Origin: Octopus vulgaris
Lineage: Eukaryota
Direction of reading: 5' to 3'
Assembly (NCBI GenBank): GCA_951406725.2
Contig: OX597824.1
Span: 87,792,001-87,856,000 of the forward strand
Length of the DNA stretch: 64,000 nt
Positions within the stretch are counted from its first letter, which is position 1. Each line of letters starts with the position of its first letter. Both the position numbers and the translations under genes were made by a program. The notes under the pieces were generated by a model, which saw only the letters and a list, made by a program, of their open reading frames with translations, ran no database searches and was not told the origin of the DNA. This document shows positions 63,023 through 64,000 of the stretch, in pieces.

Positions 63023-64000
63023 TATAGTAAATGTCCTGTTAAAGAAATTTGTCTCATTGTTTATAAAGAGCTTCCTCTTACATGTTAGGGTTTTAAGATG
63101 CTGTGAACCCAAATTCTGAAATTAAGGTTATAACTGTTTGCAATAACATTCAATTCGCAAGACAAAAATTCCTTCATATCACAAGACTTCTAGACATTAA
63201 AATCTACAGCATAATAAACTTATGGCTTGAAATTTGTGTACAGCTACAAGTTGTTATTATCTTTGTGGTTGGATTTGAATACAAAATAGATGGTGACAAG
63301 CGCAGAAAATTACAACGAAAATAAATAAAACAATCAAAGCACAACAGATATTTTTTATGTGACAAAAGGAAGAGATTGTTGTAAACATGAAAAACTGCAG
63401 GATTTTAACAGGATGGAAGAAATGGGTTGAAGACTGTGGGTGACTACTATGCACGCGCAGTAACTGCACAATCTGCAAGCAAATACTTTCTGTTGTTATA
63501 TTTGAAATTATGACGGCACTGCTTTTGCAACATTCTAAAAACATAACAAAACAAAAAAAAATACTGTCAGTGGTAAAATGCAACTCGTATCTATATTTTG
63601 GTGAGATATCAAATTATCTAATTACGAAGACTTTAGAATCCTTTCTTGTTTGTTAAAGAAAAACGAGCAGGTGTAAATCTGATTTAATCAAATGAAAGAA
63701 AAATCTGAACTTGAGAATGGTATTTGTCTAGCAAGTGACCTGGTCTGAGACTGTGAATTGAATCTGTGCTGTTGTAGCCATTTGAACCTTAAGCAGTCAG
63801 ATTTCTCTGTTAAATCTAATGCTTATTATTTCGCATGGTTGTGTGGTAAGAAGCTTGCTTCCCAACCACTTGATTCTGGGTTCAGTCCCACTGTGTTGCA
63901 CCTTGGGCAAGTGTCTTCTACTATGGCCTAGGGTCAACCAAAGCCTTGTCAGTGGATTTGGTGGACAGAATCTCATTGGATGTATGTATGTGTGTGTATA

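Noticed and set aside
63257-63583. Transposase or coding remnant
   Set aside because: Only an isolated CxxC and no recognisable domain; insufficient support.
58707-64000. N-terminal hemerythrin exons of FBXL5
   Set aside because: Looked by eye for DVF..PH.RMK, HE.IEN and HM.EEE motifs on the minus strand and found none; presumed beyond the window.

Overview
Repeat-dense, AT-rich metazoan genomic DNA. The repeat families look like those of an octopod cephalopod, but this is recalled rather than verified. The only supportable protein-coding gene is FBXL5 (F-box/LRR protein 5, the iron/oxygen-sensing SCF adaptor) on the minus strand. Seven phase-consistent GT-AG exons (58706 down to the stop at 20480-20482; 1476 nt, 491 aa) encode the end of the hemerythrin-like domain, the F-box, the LRRs and the C-terminal [2Fe-2S] cysteine motif. 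The 5' exons lie beyond position 64000, and an intron probably follows the stop codon. The rest is microsatellite and transposon DNA: several tRNA-derived SINE families, 5'-truncated RTE and CR1 LINE ends, a dead Tc1 transposase, Tc1/mariner and piggyBac-type MITEs, non-autonomous Helitrons and Penelope-like terminal repeats. The most interesting non-coding signals are: (1) minimal type-I hammerhead ribozyme motifs, including a tandem array of three ~200-nt units that share a non-canonical core (8660-9240) and a near-canonical motif at 46467-46509; (2) a SINE that occurs as head-to-tail multimers with a fixed, self-complementary junction; (3) an apparent ~167-bp target-site duplication between (AAT)n tracts; (4) frequent fold-back repeat pairs inside FBXL5 introns.
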